Of a stretch of 64,000 nt of DNA, positions 50,501 through 63,780 are shown piece by piece. Made by a program: the position numbers and the translations under genes. Under the pieces are notes generated by a model, which worked only from the letters and a program-made list of their open reading frames with translations, was not told the DNA's origin and did no database searches. The stretch comes from Leucoraja ocellata (lineage: Eukaryota), in assembly GCA_036785375.1 (NCBI GenBank), contig JAWMAR010000098.1, positions 3,286,001 to 3,350,000 of the forward strand, given 5' to 3'. Each line of letters begins with the position of its first letter. Within the stretch, counting starts at the first letter, position 1.

Positions 50501-53203
50501 GGGAAAATCACGGTATTTATCGCGCACCGGCGATCAGACGGGTGGCTCAGGTTTAAATGATCTTCAATAGTTTCAGCAATTTGGCTTTGGTGTTCCAGAT
50601 TAATGACATGGAATCCTTACGCTGAAAATTATCGTTTGCATTTCACACTTGAAGTGTGTGAGTCAGGTGTTAGCTAAAGGGTATCTGTACGGTGTTGCCA
50701 AACCGTTATGTTTTCTTGTATATGTTTGCGTGGAAGGCTTAGAACAATAATAAATATTTCCGAGATAGTCTCAAAAGTCGACTGAGTACCCCCCTTCCCA
50801 AAACCGATATCTTTTTTTTACGCTTTGATGTCTGTTGTACAATTTTGGCAATAAGATTCAATGGGGAAAAAAAAAATCCCCGGCAGTATACAGCGCTGAT
50901 TCCCATTACCAACATGATGTATGATGCACATTTTAGCATTTCTGTCAAAAACGACTCTTCATCCCTCAAATGAAAAAGGATACATCTTAAAAAACGTTTA
51001 CCTCAAAATAATTTATGCAAATCAAATTTAACAAATGTACCATGGAAATAGCATGCGTCCACTGGCTGTTGCCAAAAAGGTACCACGCGAGAACCAAACT
51101 TTGAAGGATAGCAAAGTCCTGTATTTATTTCCTACTTTTAACACACGATATCCACTTTCCTTCAATAGCTAATGCACCGAAATCGTCTTTATTCCGTGAT
51201 ATAACTTTTATATTTTCATTCCCAGACAATGTGTACTTTATAATGGATAAGAAAGAATCCATTTCTGGGTTTAATAATAAGCAAAAATCGTAACAGATTC
51301 CTAAATAAAAAAATAAAATGTTTACGAATACATACTAATTGTACTATTCCACTCCGTTTAACATTATATTTGTTTATTGCCGGGCGCTGAAACGCATGTT
51401 CGTTGCTGGTTTACCTATTTTAATTGACGTGAATAACATCGACTGAACTATTTCAATGGGGCTGACCTGCGATATAACGTTTAAAAAAAAAATAATAGTG
51501 GACTGGGGACTCCGACAGGAATAACGGAGATTTGATTGGCTACAGGTCCCGAAGGTTGCCCGGAGTTTCCTCAGTGATACAAATACATCGCAGTTTCAAG
51601 TCTCACTTGATACCTTTAAGAACACAGCATTTAAGTACAGCATACTCACAGTATGCCTTTTTTTAAAGGATGGGTCGTCCGCATGTTGGATTAAAATAAA
51701 TGGCTAACAGTGTAATAGATGGTCGAAAATAGCTGTTCAGACATAAGGATTATACATATAAAAAGGATAGGTAGTTGGCCCAGACTCCACTCCCATGGTC
51801 AGAGGCAGGCAACGCTTTATATATGAGACACAGGGCCGTGCACACGGGCGCAGGCACACACACACACATACACATTGGGAGACTTCAACAGAACCATATG
51901 ATGCACAGACTAAAACCCGTCAATGCAGTTTATGTATTTAAACATCTTTAAACATAAAACTCCATACACATACACGCGTACAGACAGTATACTGTTTAAA
52001 GCATTTGCGTGTCCATACCGCGTACATAAGTTAACGAACTGATGTAATCATGCAAAATGTGCTGCGTAATTTGTTCATAATGAAAGCAGTATACATCCCA
52101 AATTTCTTTAGTAGCAGTAGTTTCTTGCATTCAAAAAAATGATGTTGCCTACTGAAATATCAAAATAAAACCCAGCCTTTTTTTCCCTATTTGTCTTGCT
52201 GTCGTGAGCATGCGAGCACACATGGGGAGTTCCTTCAGCAGTGCCTTGAAACAGTTCGCTACATACTACGTTCATGTTTTTGGAAACAGGTCATCAGCCG
52301 CAAGTTCCCAATAGAATACAGAGTAAAACTTTTATATGGACACGTCTTAACTCATTCAGACTTGAAAACATTGCACTGCAAGTTTTTTGGTTTGTAATAT
52401 ACACATTTATACTGTCAGTTTTTAATATTTTATCTATTAAGTATTAACAATATTGCACCGTTTCTTCTCTATTTAACATTATTGAACTAGTTCGAAACTC
52501 TTGCAATTTTTCCAATTAGCATTTTCGAAGATTACCTACTCCATTACTGTTTGAAAAGCTGAAAGTAAGCGTTAGATATAAATATGAACGCCGTACAATT
52601 TACGCACATATTTTAATATTGCGCAGTAATCAATATTTTATAGGCTAAGCCTGTTTACTTTTATTAACATTTATTTTCGATGTTCGATATTTATAAAATT
52701 GATGTGCTTCAATCTATTTTTCTCACATCAAGTATTAAACGGTGAAAAATACATCTTTCACGCCGTTTATTGATCAAACAATATGATGCATATTTGCACA
52801 TTTAAAGTATGATATGCACGAAATGCAAATGTTCGAATTATATATTCGTTTTTTTGCAATTCCAAGCTACATTAAGCAGCGTTGATATTGCATACTAATA
52901 TCATTCTTATTTATTAAAATCATTATGAGCGCAATCAACTTGTTTTTTCCTTTCAGCCCGCAACACGATATGTGGAATTACAAGATAATTTCAAAAGTAA
53001 ACGAGTGCAACTTGAGTTTTGATTGCAAAATAATTGAATACAGATAATTGGCAACGGTTTACATATTGCAGTTTGCAAAAGCACTGAGTGGAGTTTGCTG
53101 ACCTGTTGCCCTAAAGGTCTATGGCGTCGGTGGTTTCATTGCAGCAGCTGAGAGGCTCAGAGCATGGAATTTCCCTTCGTATCGACCTTCCAGCCAACCA
53201 ACA

Positions 53204-53400
53204 CCTCACCTGAGCGCCTCACGTGATCTCCCAGGACCAACATTGTGACGTCTCCCACCGACAGGTGACGCGTTCGATTGCAAAGGTTGTCGAAGGTGCT
53301 GCTTCGCAAAGGGTTGTGGGCGTTGTAGTCCACGAACGTGCTTCGGTTACATTTGACTTGCTCGGACCTCGTCCTAAACGGACTACAATACCCAGAGAAA
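53204..53400 (-). promoter_or_regulatory. Candidate upstream promoter plus short first exon
   Basis: Two divergent ZNF143/SBS-like GGACTACAA..CCCA motifs (53317-53331 minus, 53380-53396 plus), tcacgtga E-box (53219-53226), tgacgt CRE-like site (53246), local CpG peak, and donor CAG|GTGAGG at 53210/53209. Confidence 0.6.
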
Positions 53401-53466
53401 AAAGGCAACCTCATGCTTGGCCAGGAAAGTGCTCGCTTGCAGGAGTATCTAATCTCCATCTGGTAA

Positions 53467-53600
53467 TGTGCAGGGAGGAACTTCAGATGCTGGCTTAAAC
53501 CGAAGATAGACACAAAAAGCTGGAGTAACTCAGCGGGTCAGACAGCATCTCTGGAGAAAAGGAATTCCTTTTGTGAACTGCAGTTTTTTGTGTCTATCTT
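53467..53600. mobile_element. Internally deleted foldback PLE-pLTR element
   Basis: Long arm 53467-53565; the short arm remnant ends gtgtctatctt. Flanks catctggtaat and catctgcaaat form an imperfect TSD. Confidence 0.75.
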
Positions 53601-55019
53601 TCATCTGCAAATTCAATGTTAGCAATGGATTATTTGCTCATTCATTCAGTTAGTGGTCACTATGCAATGATAGTTTACCCACTGGTCATTTAGATACAAG
53701 TCTTTGCAGTATTCGTTTTATAACCTGAGAGATTTACTCTTTCATTCGTGTCCGCTAGCACAGAACGGGACATTTCAATACATTTCACTCTCCTGCAGTT
53801 TATATATTGAAGGCATTCTCAACATTTAACGGTTGGGGATAAATTGTGCATAAAATTAATCAAAACAATCAGATCACAATATCATAAACTTCGGGACAAT
53901 TCAAAGCATGCAATTCTGCAGAGGTATTTTTTTCCAATATAATACTTTTATTGTCAAGTCTCGATCTGATTCTGACTTCCTAGCATCATGTCTCCGATCT
54001 TGGGAAGAGCTACCAGCGGAGTTCTGTACACCTGCTGTATATTACAGCCAGCCCCAGTTCATCGCACTTGAAACATTTTGAAAGCATCTACGAATACATT
54101 TTGTTGGCGAATAACTGTCAATAGTAACCACACGGTAACTAACGAAATATATTACACCGCCGACCCTTCGATTGGAATTAGTAACTGATTTATGCAACAG
54201 TTAAAGTGTTGGCGAATAGTTTTTCCCTGGTTTACTAACTGACATCTACGCTGCATCCACAGTGTCTAACATCAAAAGGCGTTAGAAACAAATTTCCAAA
54301 CTGATATCACGAACGAGAAACCATTTCTTCCGTTATTGAAATACATTCTATTATCATATAACTCGTATATGTATATGTGTACATGTGTATATATGCATAT
54401 ACATACACATATGGGAAAATAATGAAACTATAAGTATGACAATTATTATTCTCTGGGACTAATTAATCAAACCGTAATTGTTTTGTAGATTTCTATTCCT
54501 TGCGGTACAGAGACTCACAGTTTGGTCTTGCCAATCCTTTCCCCCGTTCTCTCGACAGTAGCCTCCATCGTGAAAGAACTATACGCTGCTGAAGAAAACA
54601 ATCCGATTTCCTTCTGTCTACTTAAATTGGAAATATTTTAGCCTTTAAAGTCAGCCTCTGAATGACTGAATTATTTCTCACAGAGACGTGTGTACTCTAA
54701 TTCATATTTCAGGTCTTTCAGATGTTGCTATGTTGTAAACAACGTCAAGGTTTAAAATGCAGTTGCTGGGCGTGTTGCATGTTGTTGTTATGCTGAATTA
54801 GTAGACAGTAATTCACATTTTCTTTACAGATAATAGAGATTGCACCAAAACCACTTTGCTCTAGTTGTGCTTTGCTAGTTTATCATGTAATATGTTGTAT
54901 TCTTTATGAATATTCTATTACAATTTACACAATCACGTCAGCTTGGCTATGAATCAGAAGGTCAGGGGTTCAGCACATTGGGACATCTTTACATGAGCCA
55001 TGAAATGAGGGCCATTTCA

Positions 55020-55255
55020 GTTGCTGAGAGGGATGCAGAACATCCCATAATGCTATTTGAAAAGTAAAAGCAATCTTCCCAGATTCTAATATGACGAAAG
55101 GACAAATGCATCGACTATTGTTCTCACTTTCGTCTGCAGGTTTGATGCCACACTTTTCTGACAAACACGTGTGACTGCACTTCGAAAGTAATTCATTATT
55201 TTGAAGGAGCTTTCAGCCTCCTTAAGGAAGGCACTATAAAGTATAAATGCATACT
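55020..55255 (+). mobile_element. Ancient Deu-domain SINE remnant (SacSINE1/AmnSINE1-like)
   Basis: ggatgcagaacatcccataatgctatttgaa and gtgactgcacttcgaaagtaattcatt resemble the DeuSINE consensus as I recall it. Confidence 0.55.
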
Positions 55256-55460
55256 TTTTCATAATTTGCAGCAGTAACTTTAGTTCTTTATACTGAACCA
55301 TAATTATACATATAGAACATATATTCATGTGGCACCCTCCACTACCTCCAAGTAGCTTAAGATGCTTCATATCAGTCACATAATTTATACATTAAATTAG
55401 ACAAAAATGCTGAATGAACAACTGTCCAAGCCATGCTGTGGATGCAACATAAACACTAAT

Positions 55461-55562
55461 GTGTAGGAAGGAACTGCAGATGCTGTTTAACACCAAAGAT
55501 AGGCACAAAATGCTGGAGTAACTCAGCGCGACAGGCAGCATCTCTGGAGAGAAGGAATGGGT
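55461..55562 (-). mobile_element. Solo PLE pLTR arm
   Basis: gtgtaggaaggaactgcagatgctg...agaaggaatgggt; similarity stops at about the predicted hammerhead cleavage position. Confidence 0.85.
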
Positions 55563-57320
55563 TGATGATTAATGATCCAAATGTATGGATCCATCTTAAT
55601 GTTAAGAGGTTATTACCAATGAAGCTTTATAAAAGAACAGTGCTGGGGGACAATGGGCAGATTAACACTGAAGTACCTCTTGAAATGTAGCTATGTGTAT
55701 GCATAAGGTTATGCAAGGGTGATGTTTCTGGGGTTTCTCCCAATGTGCCACTTATTGTTTGATGACATTTGACACAATATTCCCCTGGTGTCTCTCATGT
55801 TGAGACTAAAGTGGGAGATTGGGCGTGTCTCCCAACGTTTTAATTTTTCAATACCATCATATTAAGAAACTGAATTGAATTATTTCCTTCGTGATCATAA
55901 AACAGCTACTTGAACAGTTATTTATATTCTTTAAAATGGTCCTTGTCTTCATCAAATATACCATTTCTTCACGCTCACAACACGATAACTTAAAATGCAT
56001 CACCTTGTCACACGTGAAAGATGTCATTGTCATGAAAATGACAAACAGCATTTCCGCCAACTAACACAAAAAAACAACGAACAGTTTTCCCGATGTTGCT
56101 ATACCTTTAAAGTGTTGATTAAAATTATACATGCCATAAATGAATAGATGTGCTATTAATAGATCCATTACTTGATGTTAAACTGATGTGTTGTAAGTAC
56201 TGCTTTTTATGTCCATCCGTTACTTGATTGGTTTAGCTTTGCTTTTAAAAAATCTTAAATTACATATCTTGCAATAATCACATGCTTGCAGATAAGCCCA
56301 TAATTTTTACTGTAGAATATTCAAGTAATTCCCATGCACATAGGCTTTATTAATTAACTATGGCATTCAGTGAGGTGTGCTTTCACATTAGAAACAAAAA
56401 CTTCAAGCTTAATGTCAAACCCAGGCATTTTCTTTCTGCTGAACAAGAGTGATAACAGTAAATGTTATTTTTTCCAAAAAGACATTGAGTCTCCATTTTC
56501 TCGGCATCCTCTGTAGCTTTGAGTCAGCGGTGTTCATTTTCCCACAAGAAAGCAGCTGCTGTTGGCTGTATAAAGAGCCTGAATTGGAAAGGGTCTATTA
56601 ATATAATGGTATGCAGTCCTATGTGCTAACAATCGGATCCACACATCAAGATGAAAAGCAATTTCAGTGATAGTACATTTGCTTACTGGTTTTTAAATTG
56701 TTTTTCCACCATGATACAGAAATAAGATTTTTAGCATACAAAACTGCAGGTCATTATAGTATTAGAAGCTTTTCACTCAAGGATACAGGATCCTCAGAGG
56801 CTGCAAGCTGGCTTTCGGTTTCGTCTGTATGGTTTACCAAAGGAATAAAATCCTTTAGGTAGACTGGTATCAGCCACAGGCCACCAACAGTCTGATTCCC
56901 ATAATTTCCTTTTTTAGGTGAAACTGGCAGAGATACCCTCCCACTGAATCAGTCTCTGGAAATAGTCAACAAGAATCTGGAATAGCTTGGCAGGGATTCA
57001 GCAATGATTACTGAATGTTTGTTTAAATCCTTCTGTTTTCTTCGTTCCGAATCACATTGGAGGTTTCAGCCTGTACTCTGGAACATAGGACAGAGGCAAG
57101 GTTGCCAGTTTTCCAGAGCCTTATTAGGAATACAAATTAGATCATTTTCCAATCCAGTGCAATACTTAAATAGGATCTTAGTCCCGGACATCGTTCATTT
57201 ATTCCCAGGCTTGCTAGGACTGCTGTAGCATCAAAATAATGATGGCAGCTAACAATCAGCTATAGCACTTAGTATACAGCTGAATCTTATGAATGTTGAG
57301 AGTAATATTCAAGCACTTGG

Positions 57321-57750
57321 AGTCATAAAGTAATACAGTGTGGAAACAGGCACTTCGGCCCAACTCGCCCACACTGGCCAACAATGTCCCAGCTACCCTA
57401 GTCCCACTTGCTTGGTCCATAACTCTTCAAACCTGTCTTATCCATGTAACTGTCCAACTGTTTCTTAAACGATGGGATAGTCCCAGCCTCAACTACCTCC
57501 TCTGGCAGCTTGGTCCATACACCCACCGCCCTGTGTGTGAAAAAGTTACCCCTTGGATTTCTATTAAATCTTTTCCACTTCACCTTGAACCTATGTCCTC
57601 TGGTCCTCAATTCCCCTTCTCTGGGTAAAAGGCTCTGTGCATCTACCCGATCTATTCCTCTCATGATTTTATATACCTCTATAAGATCTCCCCTCATCCT
57701 CCTACGCTCCATGGAATAGAGACCCAGCCTCCTCAACCTCTCCCTATAAC
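57321..57750 (-). mobile_element. CR1 LINE 3' end with open ORF2 C-terminus (57398-57736)
   Basis: RRLGLYSMERRRMRGDLIEVYKIMRGIDRVD...RTRGH.FKV...RGNFFTHRAVGVW. Confidence 0.93.
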
Positions 57751-58304
57751 TCCCACCCTCCCACCCTTACAAACGTCTAATAACTTGTTTGTAATTTCAC
57801 CCACTGTATGTTGAGAAACAGCCCACTCAATGTCATTTGTTTTCAGCAGTTGAAATGCCAATGCTGACCTGTTTTTATACTTTTATGCTATTTTGTTTTC
57901 CTTTCAAAAATTCATAATCATATCATAATTGTTTGGATCGCCACTGCAAGCGTCATCACTTTTGCTTCTGCTGCTGAAAGGCCCCGTCGTTGTCTGAAAA
58001 TACATATTTAATTTTGCTGGTTGGGAAACTTAGGCTCATGATTGCATCTTATTACTTAAACCAAGCCCTGCAGTTGCATAAACCATAAAATACCTTAAGG
58101 GGCGAATTAGGAATTTAGTATAAAACAAGTTTTATACGCCATTGCACCATCAACAGCGATGCCCACTAAAACAACAACTTCAATTTCTTGCATTTAACTA
58201 GCACCTTTAAGAATACATGAAGGTACAGAATGGAACCAGACATAAACATTCAACCACAAACTTACTCCATTGTTCAGAAGGATCCCAGCTGACCTTTTAC
58301 CTCA

Positions 58305-58796
58305 GTAGTGCAGCGTACGTTCACCAGGTTAATTCCAGGGATGGCGGGACAGTCATATGGTGATAGAATGGAGCGGCTGGGCTTGTACACCCTGGAATTT
58401 AGAAGGATGAGAGGATATCTTATTGAAACATATAAGATTATTAAGGGTTTGGACACTCTAGAGGCAGGAAACATGTTCCCGATGTTGGGGGAGTCCAGAA
58501 CCGGGGACCACAGTTTACGAATAAGCCATTTAGAACGGAGATGAGGAAAAGCTTTTTCACAGAGAGGGTTGTGAATCTGTGGAATTCTCTGCTTCAGAAG
58601 GCAGTGGAGGCCAATTCTCTGGATGCTTTCAAGAGAGATTTAGATAGAGCTCTTAAAGATAGTGGAGTCGGGGGATTTGGGGAGAAGGGAAGAATGGGGT
58701 ACTGATTGTGGATGATCAGCCATGATCACAGTGAAGGGTGGTGCAGACTCGAGGGGCCGATTGGCCTACTCCTGCACCTATTGTCTATTGTCTATT
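58305..58796 (+). mobile_element. Young CR1 LINE 3' end
   Basis: QRTFTRLIPGM...ERLGLYTLEFRRMRGYLIETYKIIKGLD; (TATTGTC)n tail. Confidence 0.93.
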
Positions 58797-58809
58797 ACTA
58801 TCCTAAACA

Positions 58810-59280
58810 CATCTTGTATGCGTATGTGATGAATAAACTTGACTTGACTTGACTTACCCTGACTCCCTGAATACCTAAAAAAATCTATCAATCTCTGCTC
58901 TGGATACGCTCAATGACGGAGGTCGCTTGGGAGTTGAGGCAAGTACAGTAGTAACACTTAAAATACACTTGGTCAGGTGCATGGATAGGACAGGTTTAGA
59001 GAGACATGGGCCAAATGTGAGCAAATTGGACTAGCTTAGATGGGGCATCTTGGTCATCGTTGACAAGTTGGGCCGAAGGATCTGTTCCTTTGCTCTATGA
59101 CCCAATGTCTTGAATGGAAATTTCAAAGGTTCACTGGTCTCTAGATGAAGAGAGTTCTTCTCATTTCCATCCTGAAGGGCGGACCCCTTATTGTGATATT
59201 GTGATCCTTGGTTCTAGACACCCCTAACCAGGAGGAACTCATTCACCCTGTCAACCCCCACAATAATTCTATGTTTCATT
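58810..59280. mobile_element. Cluster of older LINE fragments
   Basis: An aataaa(cttga)n tail at ~58830-58855, a plus-strand CR1 end at ~58930-59102, and minus-strand CR1 pieces on either side. Confidence 0.65.
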
Positions 59281-59719
59281 GCAACATGCCCCAAGCCATA
59301 TAACATTGCAGAGCCAAATCAGGAGAAAATACCCAAACTACACCTCATTGAGCTGTCAGTGATCCTGTGATTAATGTGTGGATCACTCAATATACGGTGA
59401 TCCAGATGTTGCAGTTCATCTATTTCCCTGTATGTTTGGCAATATTTTCACTCTTCTTATTTTCTACTCTACTGTTTCTTATTATGCACATTGTGTTATT
59501 TTAATTCCCACTGGGTTCATCTCACTCTATAGACCCATGCATGTAGTCTAGTTTTAAAATTCACTGCAGCACTGAGAGAATGATGTAGCGTGGAGGTGCT
59601 GCTATTCAGGTAACATTGCTCAGTGATAACACCATTGGGTTTTCTCAGACGTTTGTGCATGGTCCCAGGTCTTTATTCAATGAATACCAAGGGGATTCCC
59701 CTGATGGCAAAGTCAAAAT

Positions 59720-60265
59720 ATAAGACCATATGATATAGGAGCAGAATTAAGCCCCTGTCCCACTTAGGAGACCTAAACAGCAATCTCTGGTGACCTTGCC
59801 CGCCACCCAAAATAAAATCAAGGTCGAGGTGACCTGGAACCTCCTAGCACCTCCCACGCATATGTTGAAAACCTTCCTCGACTGAAGAAATCCGACTTCG
59901 ACTAGACCTGCGACTAAAAAATTATCGATTTTTAAAACGGCAACCTATTTTTAATCGAGACCGGTTTTTAACATGAGGAAAAAATAGCAGCAACCTAGAT
60001 GAAGCCTCGACCACCGCGGAAACCATTTTCGACCATTAGGGAGAGTGACCAAAACCTCCGGTGACCTCATGGAATCCTTGGGTCACCAGAGGTTGCTGCT
60101 TAGGTCTCCTAAGAGGGACATGGGCTTTAGGCCATTCAGCCCATCAAATCTACTCGGCAATTCAATCATGGCTGATCTAATTTTCCCTCTCAACCCCATT
60201 CTCTTGCCTTCTGCCCGAAACCTCTGACACGCTTCCTAATCAAGAACCTCTCAATCTCTGCCTAA
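59720..60265 (-). mobile_element. CR1 3' end interrupted by a Harbinger MITE
   Basis: ggagcagaatta|MITE|ttaggccattcagcccatc...; matches uninterrupted copies at ~6995 and ~27325. Confidence 0.85.
59750..60126. mobile_element. PIF/Harbinger-type MITE (family C)
   Basis: ~46-bp TIRs (agcccctgtcccacttaggagacct...). TTA TSD at 59747-59749 and 60127-60129, confirmed by the empty site in paralogous CR1 copies. Confidence 0.92.
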
Positions 60266-61439
60266 AATGTATTTTACAATTCCACATGATCTGACTATTT
60301 ATTTATTCCATTGCTTTTTGGTTTAATCTTTACTCCATGTGAATTAACTGCAGCATTTACTCTGACAGCAAATACAACTCAAAAGTACTTCATTTGTTGA
60401 GAAGCACTTTGAGATACACTGTATTGAAATACAAATTATTTCTTTTTCAGGTTTAATGAGGGGGAATATGAGCAAGTTAATGTATTGTTGTTTCCAGGAT
60501 TGTGCAGGGAATTAGTGTAATGGATATGGGCCCTTTTTGTACAGAACCAGGAGATCAATTGCATTACTGTATGAATGTCTGTACCACTGCCAGCGAGTTA
60601 GTTATATGGAAAGGAATCTGAAACTCACCAAAGCTCGATGAAAAATATTACTTAGGAAGAAAGTTTGAAGAAGATAGGACTATTTGAGGTGGAAAGACGC
60701 GAACCTTTCAAGTGAAGAACAAATAAAAGGTTGAGGCAGAGGAAGTCTGTAGAGCTCTGGGTGGAGTGTGAGGCAGGGGATTAGTTTTGGATTACTCTAA
60801 CAAAGAGCGGGAGGAGATTGTATAATGGTCTATTTCTAATTTTTACAGAAATGCAAATAACCAGTTGCCAATTTCAAGCTATTCATTTATGGAGCAGACA
60901 GCAGCCAGGTCATTTGATTTAATTGAAACGCTCAGGAAAGGAATTCCACCTTTTCTTTGTATGTTATTTTCTTCTTTGTCCCACTCTTATTATGCTCCAG
61001 TTAATGAGAAAGTGGGGAAGTGAGCCAGCCATTGTTAAACCTGTAACAATAACTATAACCTAAGTCCAGGGGACAGCCTTTCAGGTGAATTCATTCCCTC
61101 ACTCTCCTTGTAAGTGTATGCAGCTGCCCCTGAATTACCTCCTTACAGCGATGAGCCTAAAATGACAAATTCACCGGTAGGGCAGAGGGGCAGATCAAGA
61201 AATGTATATGATTCTATAATATTCTGCTTTGGATTAAATGCAGTGCATCACCAAGCATGGAAATAAAGCAGCTACTTGATTTCAAATGGAATGGAATGGT
61301 TAGTGCCAAGGAATGAGATGGAAGGAAATAGTTTCCTTGGGTTGTCTGAAGTTAAGACAATGAAATGAGTTCAATGGAATGAACAGGTTCTTCCTAGCTA
61401 ATTCCCTGAAACTCTTAATTTCTCTTCAACCATGAACTC

Positions 61440-61810
61440 AGTGACCCAGTTACAATTCCAGCCGTGGACGTGGAAATGCCGTTCAAGCCTCATACCTGAA
61501 GACTTGATCTTTTAATCTAATTTATAACATTCTGTGCAGGTCTGATGGCGCATTTAATTACTGGCAATTGTTAAGAGAAGCTGATACTTCCTTTAGATGG
61601 ATGTAAACATCCCATCACACTATAAGTGGAAGAATAGGGTCACATGTCATGTGCCACCCAACTATCTACCCTCAAAGATTACATTTGCTGATTGTAGCAC
61701 GATGTTATGTGAAAAATAGTTGTCATATTTCCCCATCTGAAAATAAGGACTTACTTTAACAAGAGCTCCAGAGATTTGCAATGTGATGCAATTTGTAAAT
61801 ATGAGTCCTT
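61440..61810 (+). mobile_element. Ancient Deu-domain SINE remnant
   Basis: gttcaagcct..agacttga head-like segment, then ggatgtaaacatcccatcacactat..gaagaataggg..tatctaccctcaa, resembling the Deu domain. Confidence 0.55.
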
Positions 61811-61983
61811 CGATTTGTTTTTTTAAGTAATAATTATAGAATCATTTGATTTAAATTATCCACATGTAACCAGAAAATGTAAATTCATAGTTAGATAACC
61901 TTTAGAATATTAACTCTCGGATCTGGGCTGTGCTGATGTCAAGTCCATTCTTCCCTGCTCTTTGGACAATGTTGTGATCCTTT

Positions 61984-62298
61984 TAGACAATAGACAATAG
62001 ACAATAGGTGCAGGAGTAGGCCATTTGGCCCTTCGAGCCAGCACCGCCATTCAGTGTGATCATGGCTGATCATCCCCAATCACTACCCCGTTCCTGCCTT
62101 CTCCCCATATCCCCTGACTCCGCTATCTTCAAGAGCCCTATCTAGCTCTCTCTTGAAAGCATCCAGAGAACCCGCCCCCACCTGAGGCAGAGAATTCCAC
62201 ACTCACAACTCTTTGGGTGAAAAAGTGTTTCCTCATCTCCGTTCGGAATGGCTTACCCCTTATTCTTAAACTGTGGCCACTGGTTCTGGACTCCCCCC
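61984..62298 (-). mobile_element. Young CR1 3' end
   Basis: (TAGACAA)n tail; near reverse complement of 13682-13953. Confidence 0.92.
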
Positions 62299-62401
62299 CA
62301 ATCACATCCTGGATTTAGTTTTGGAGATACAGCAGGGAACTTTTCATCAACTGCTGTCACATACTTCTAAACTGTTTCTGGTATAACATTGATAACTTAG
62401 A

Positions 62402-62550
62402 GGCAGCACAGTGATGCAGCTGGTAGATTAATCGCCCTCTGAATAATTACCCTTCATGTATAAGGAGTGGATATCAAAGTGGGATAACGTACCACTAGAG
62501 TGACCAATCGATGGTCAGCCTTGACTTGGTGGGCAGAAGGGCCGATTTCT
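62402..62550 (+). mobile_element. Internally deleted V-SINE/HE1-like SINE
   Basis: Head ggcagcacagtgatgcagctggtaga and a 3' part (aggagtggat...cgatggtcag...gaagggcc) matching 4631-4914. Confidence 0.6.
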
Positions 62551-62684
62551 TTACATTCTGAAGATGCCTTACCTTCTGCATGCTTCCCATTGGGAAAACA
62601 TCCCACACCCTAGCTCACAAACAATGCGAGTCATGAACATTTAAGTAATTGAAAGAAACAAACCCCACAGCATACCAATTTCAT

Positions 62685-63060
62685 GTTCATAAGTTTGTAA
62701 ATTATAGGAGAAGAATTAGGCCATTCGGTCCATCAAGTCTATTCTGCCATTCCATCATAGCTGATCTATCCTTCCCTCTCAGCCCCCTTCTCACCATAAC
62801 TCCTGACACAAGTACTAATCAAGAATCTGTCAACCTCCGCCTTAAAAATATCCATTGACTTGGCTTCATTGTCTGTGGCAATATCCATTGTCTGTGGCAA
62901 GGAGCTCCACGGATTCATCATCCTGTGACTAAAGAAACTCCTCCTCATCTCCTTTCTGAGGCACATCCTTTTATTCTGAGACCATGGCCTCAGGTCCTTA
63001 AATTCCCCAGCAGTGGAAACATCCTCTCCACATTTACTCTATCCAGGCCTTTCACTATTC
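62685..63060 (-). mobile_element. CR1 LINE 3' end
   Basis: LRKEMRRSFFSHRMMNPWSSLPQ..; same family as 27302. Confidence 0.88.
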
Positions 63061-63267
63061 AAATCGCTGAATATTTGTTGATAGTTTGTCCGAAATTTGT
63101 ATTGGTTCCTCTTTATGAGATGGCAATCCATGGTCTCAAAAACTGTGCATAATTCCAGAATTATGTCCCTCAACTCCAAACCCCAGAACGATCGACCAAT
63201 ATCCCTCTGACCATTACTGACCCAACCTCTCACTCACCAATCGTCCAGCACCACTCCCAGGCATGGG

Positions 63268-63405
63268 CATGGGATGGATAGGACAAGTTTGGAGGGGCAT
63301 GGACCAAATGCTGGTAGGTGGGACTAGTGTAGATGAGACATGTTGGCCGGTGTGGGCAAGTTGGGCCACAGGGCCTGTCTCCATACTATATCACTCTATG
63401 ACTCT
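63268..63405 (+). mobile_element. CR1 3'UTR fragment
   Basis: atggataggacaagtttggaggg...gggactagtgtagatg...gggcctgt..ctctatgactct. Confidence 0.8.
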
Positions 63406-63780
63406 CTGACCACCTATCATTAGCAACTTTGCCCCTAGCATTGACCCCCTGACATGATCCACCACAAGAGCTCCATATTTAGAGCAATCCTCCTGCTCCC
63501 ATGCATGTCTCAACCATAAACTCTCTTCACCCAGATCCTCAATCTTAATTCACGTACAAATGCCTTTCATCAAGCCCTCATCCTTAGCACCGTAATCACC
63601 CTCAAGTCCTCAACACCCTAACTTTGAGCAACGATCACAGGCACAACCATGACTGATCACCCATAGTATCCTTTCCCTTCGCCACTCGTACCTAAAAAAT
63701 TAGCAATCTCCATGAGAATATTCTCAGCAACTGAAACTTCTCGACTCTTGGGCAGAAAATTCCAAAAATGCACTGCGTTC

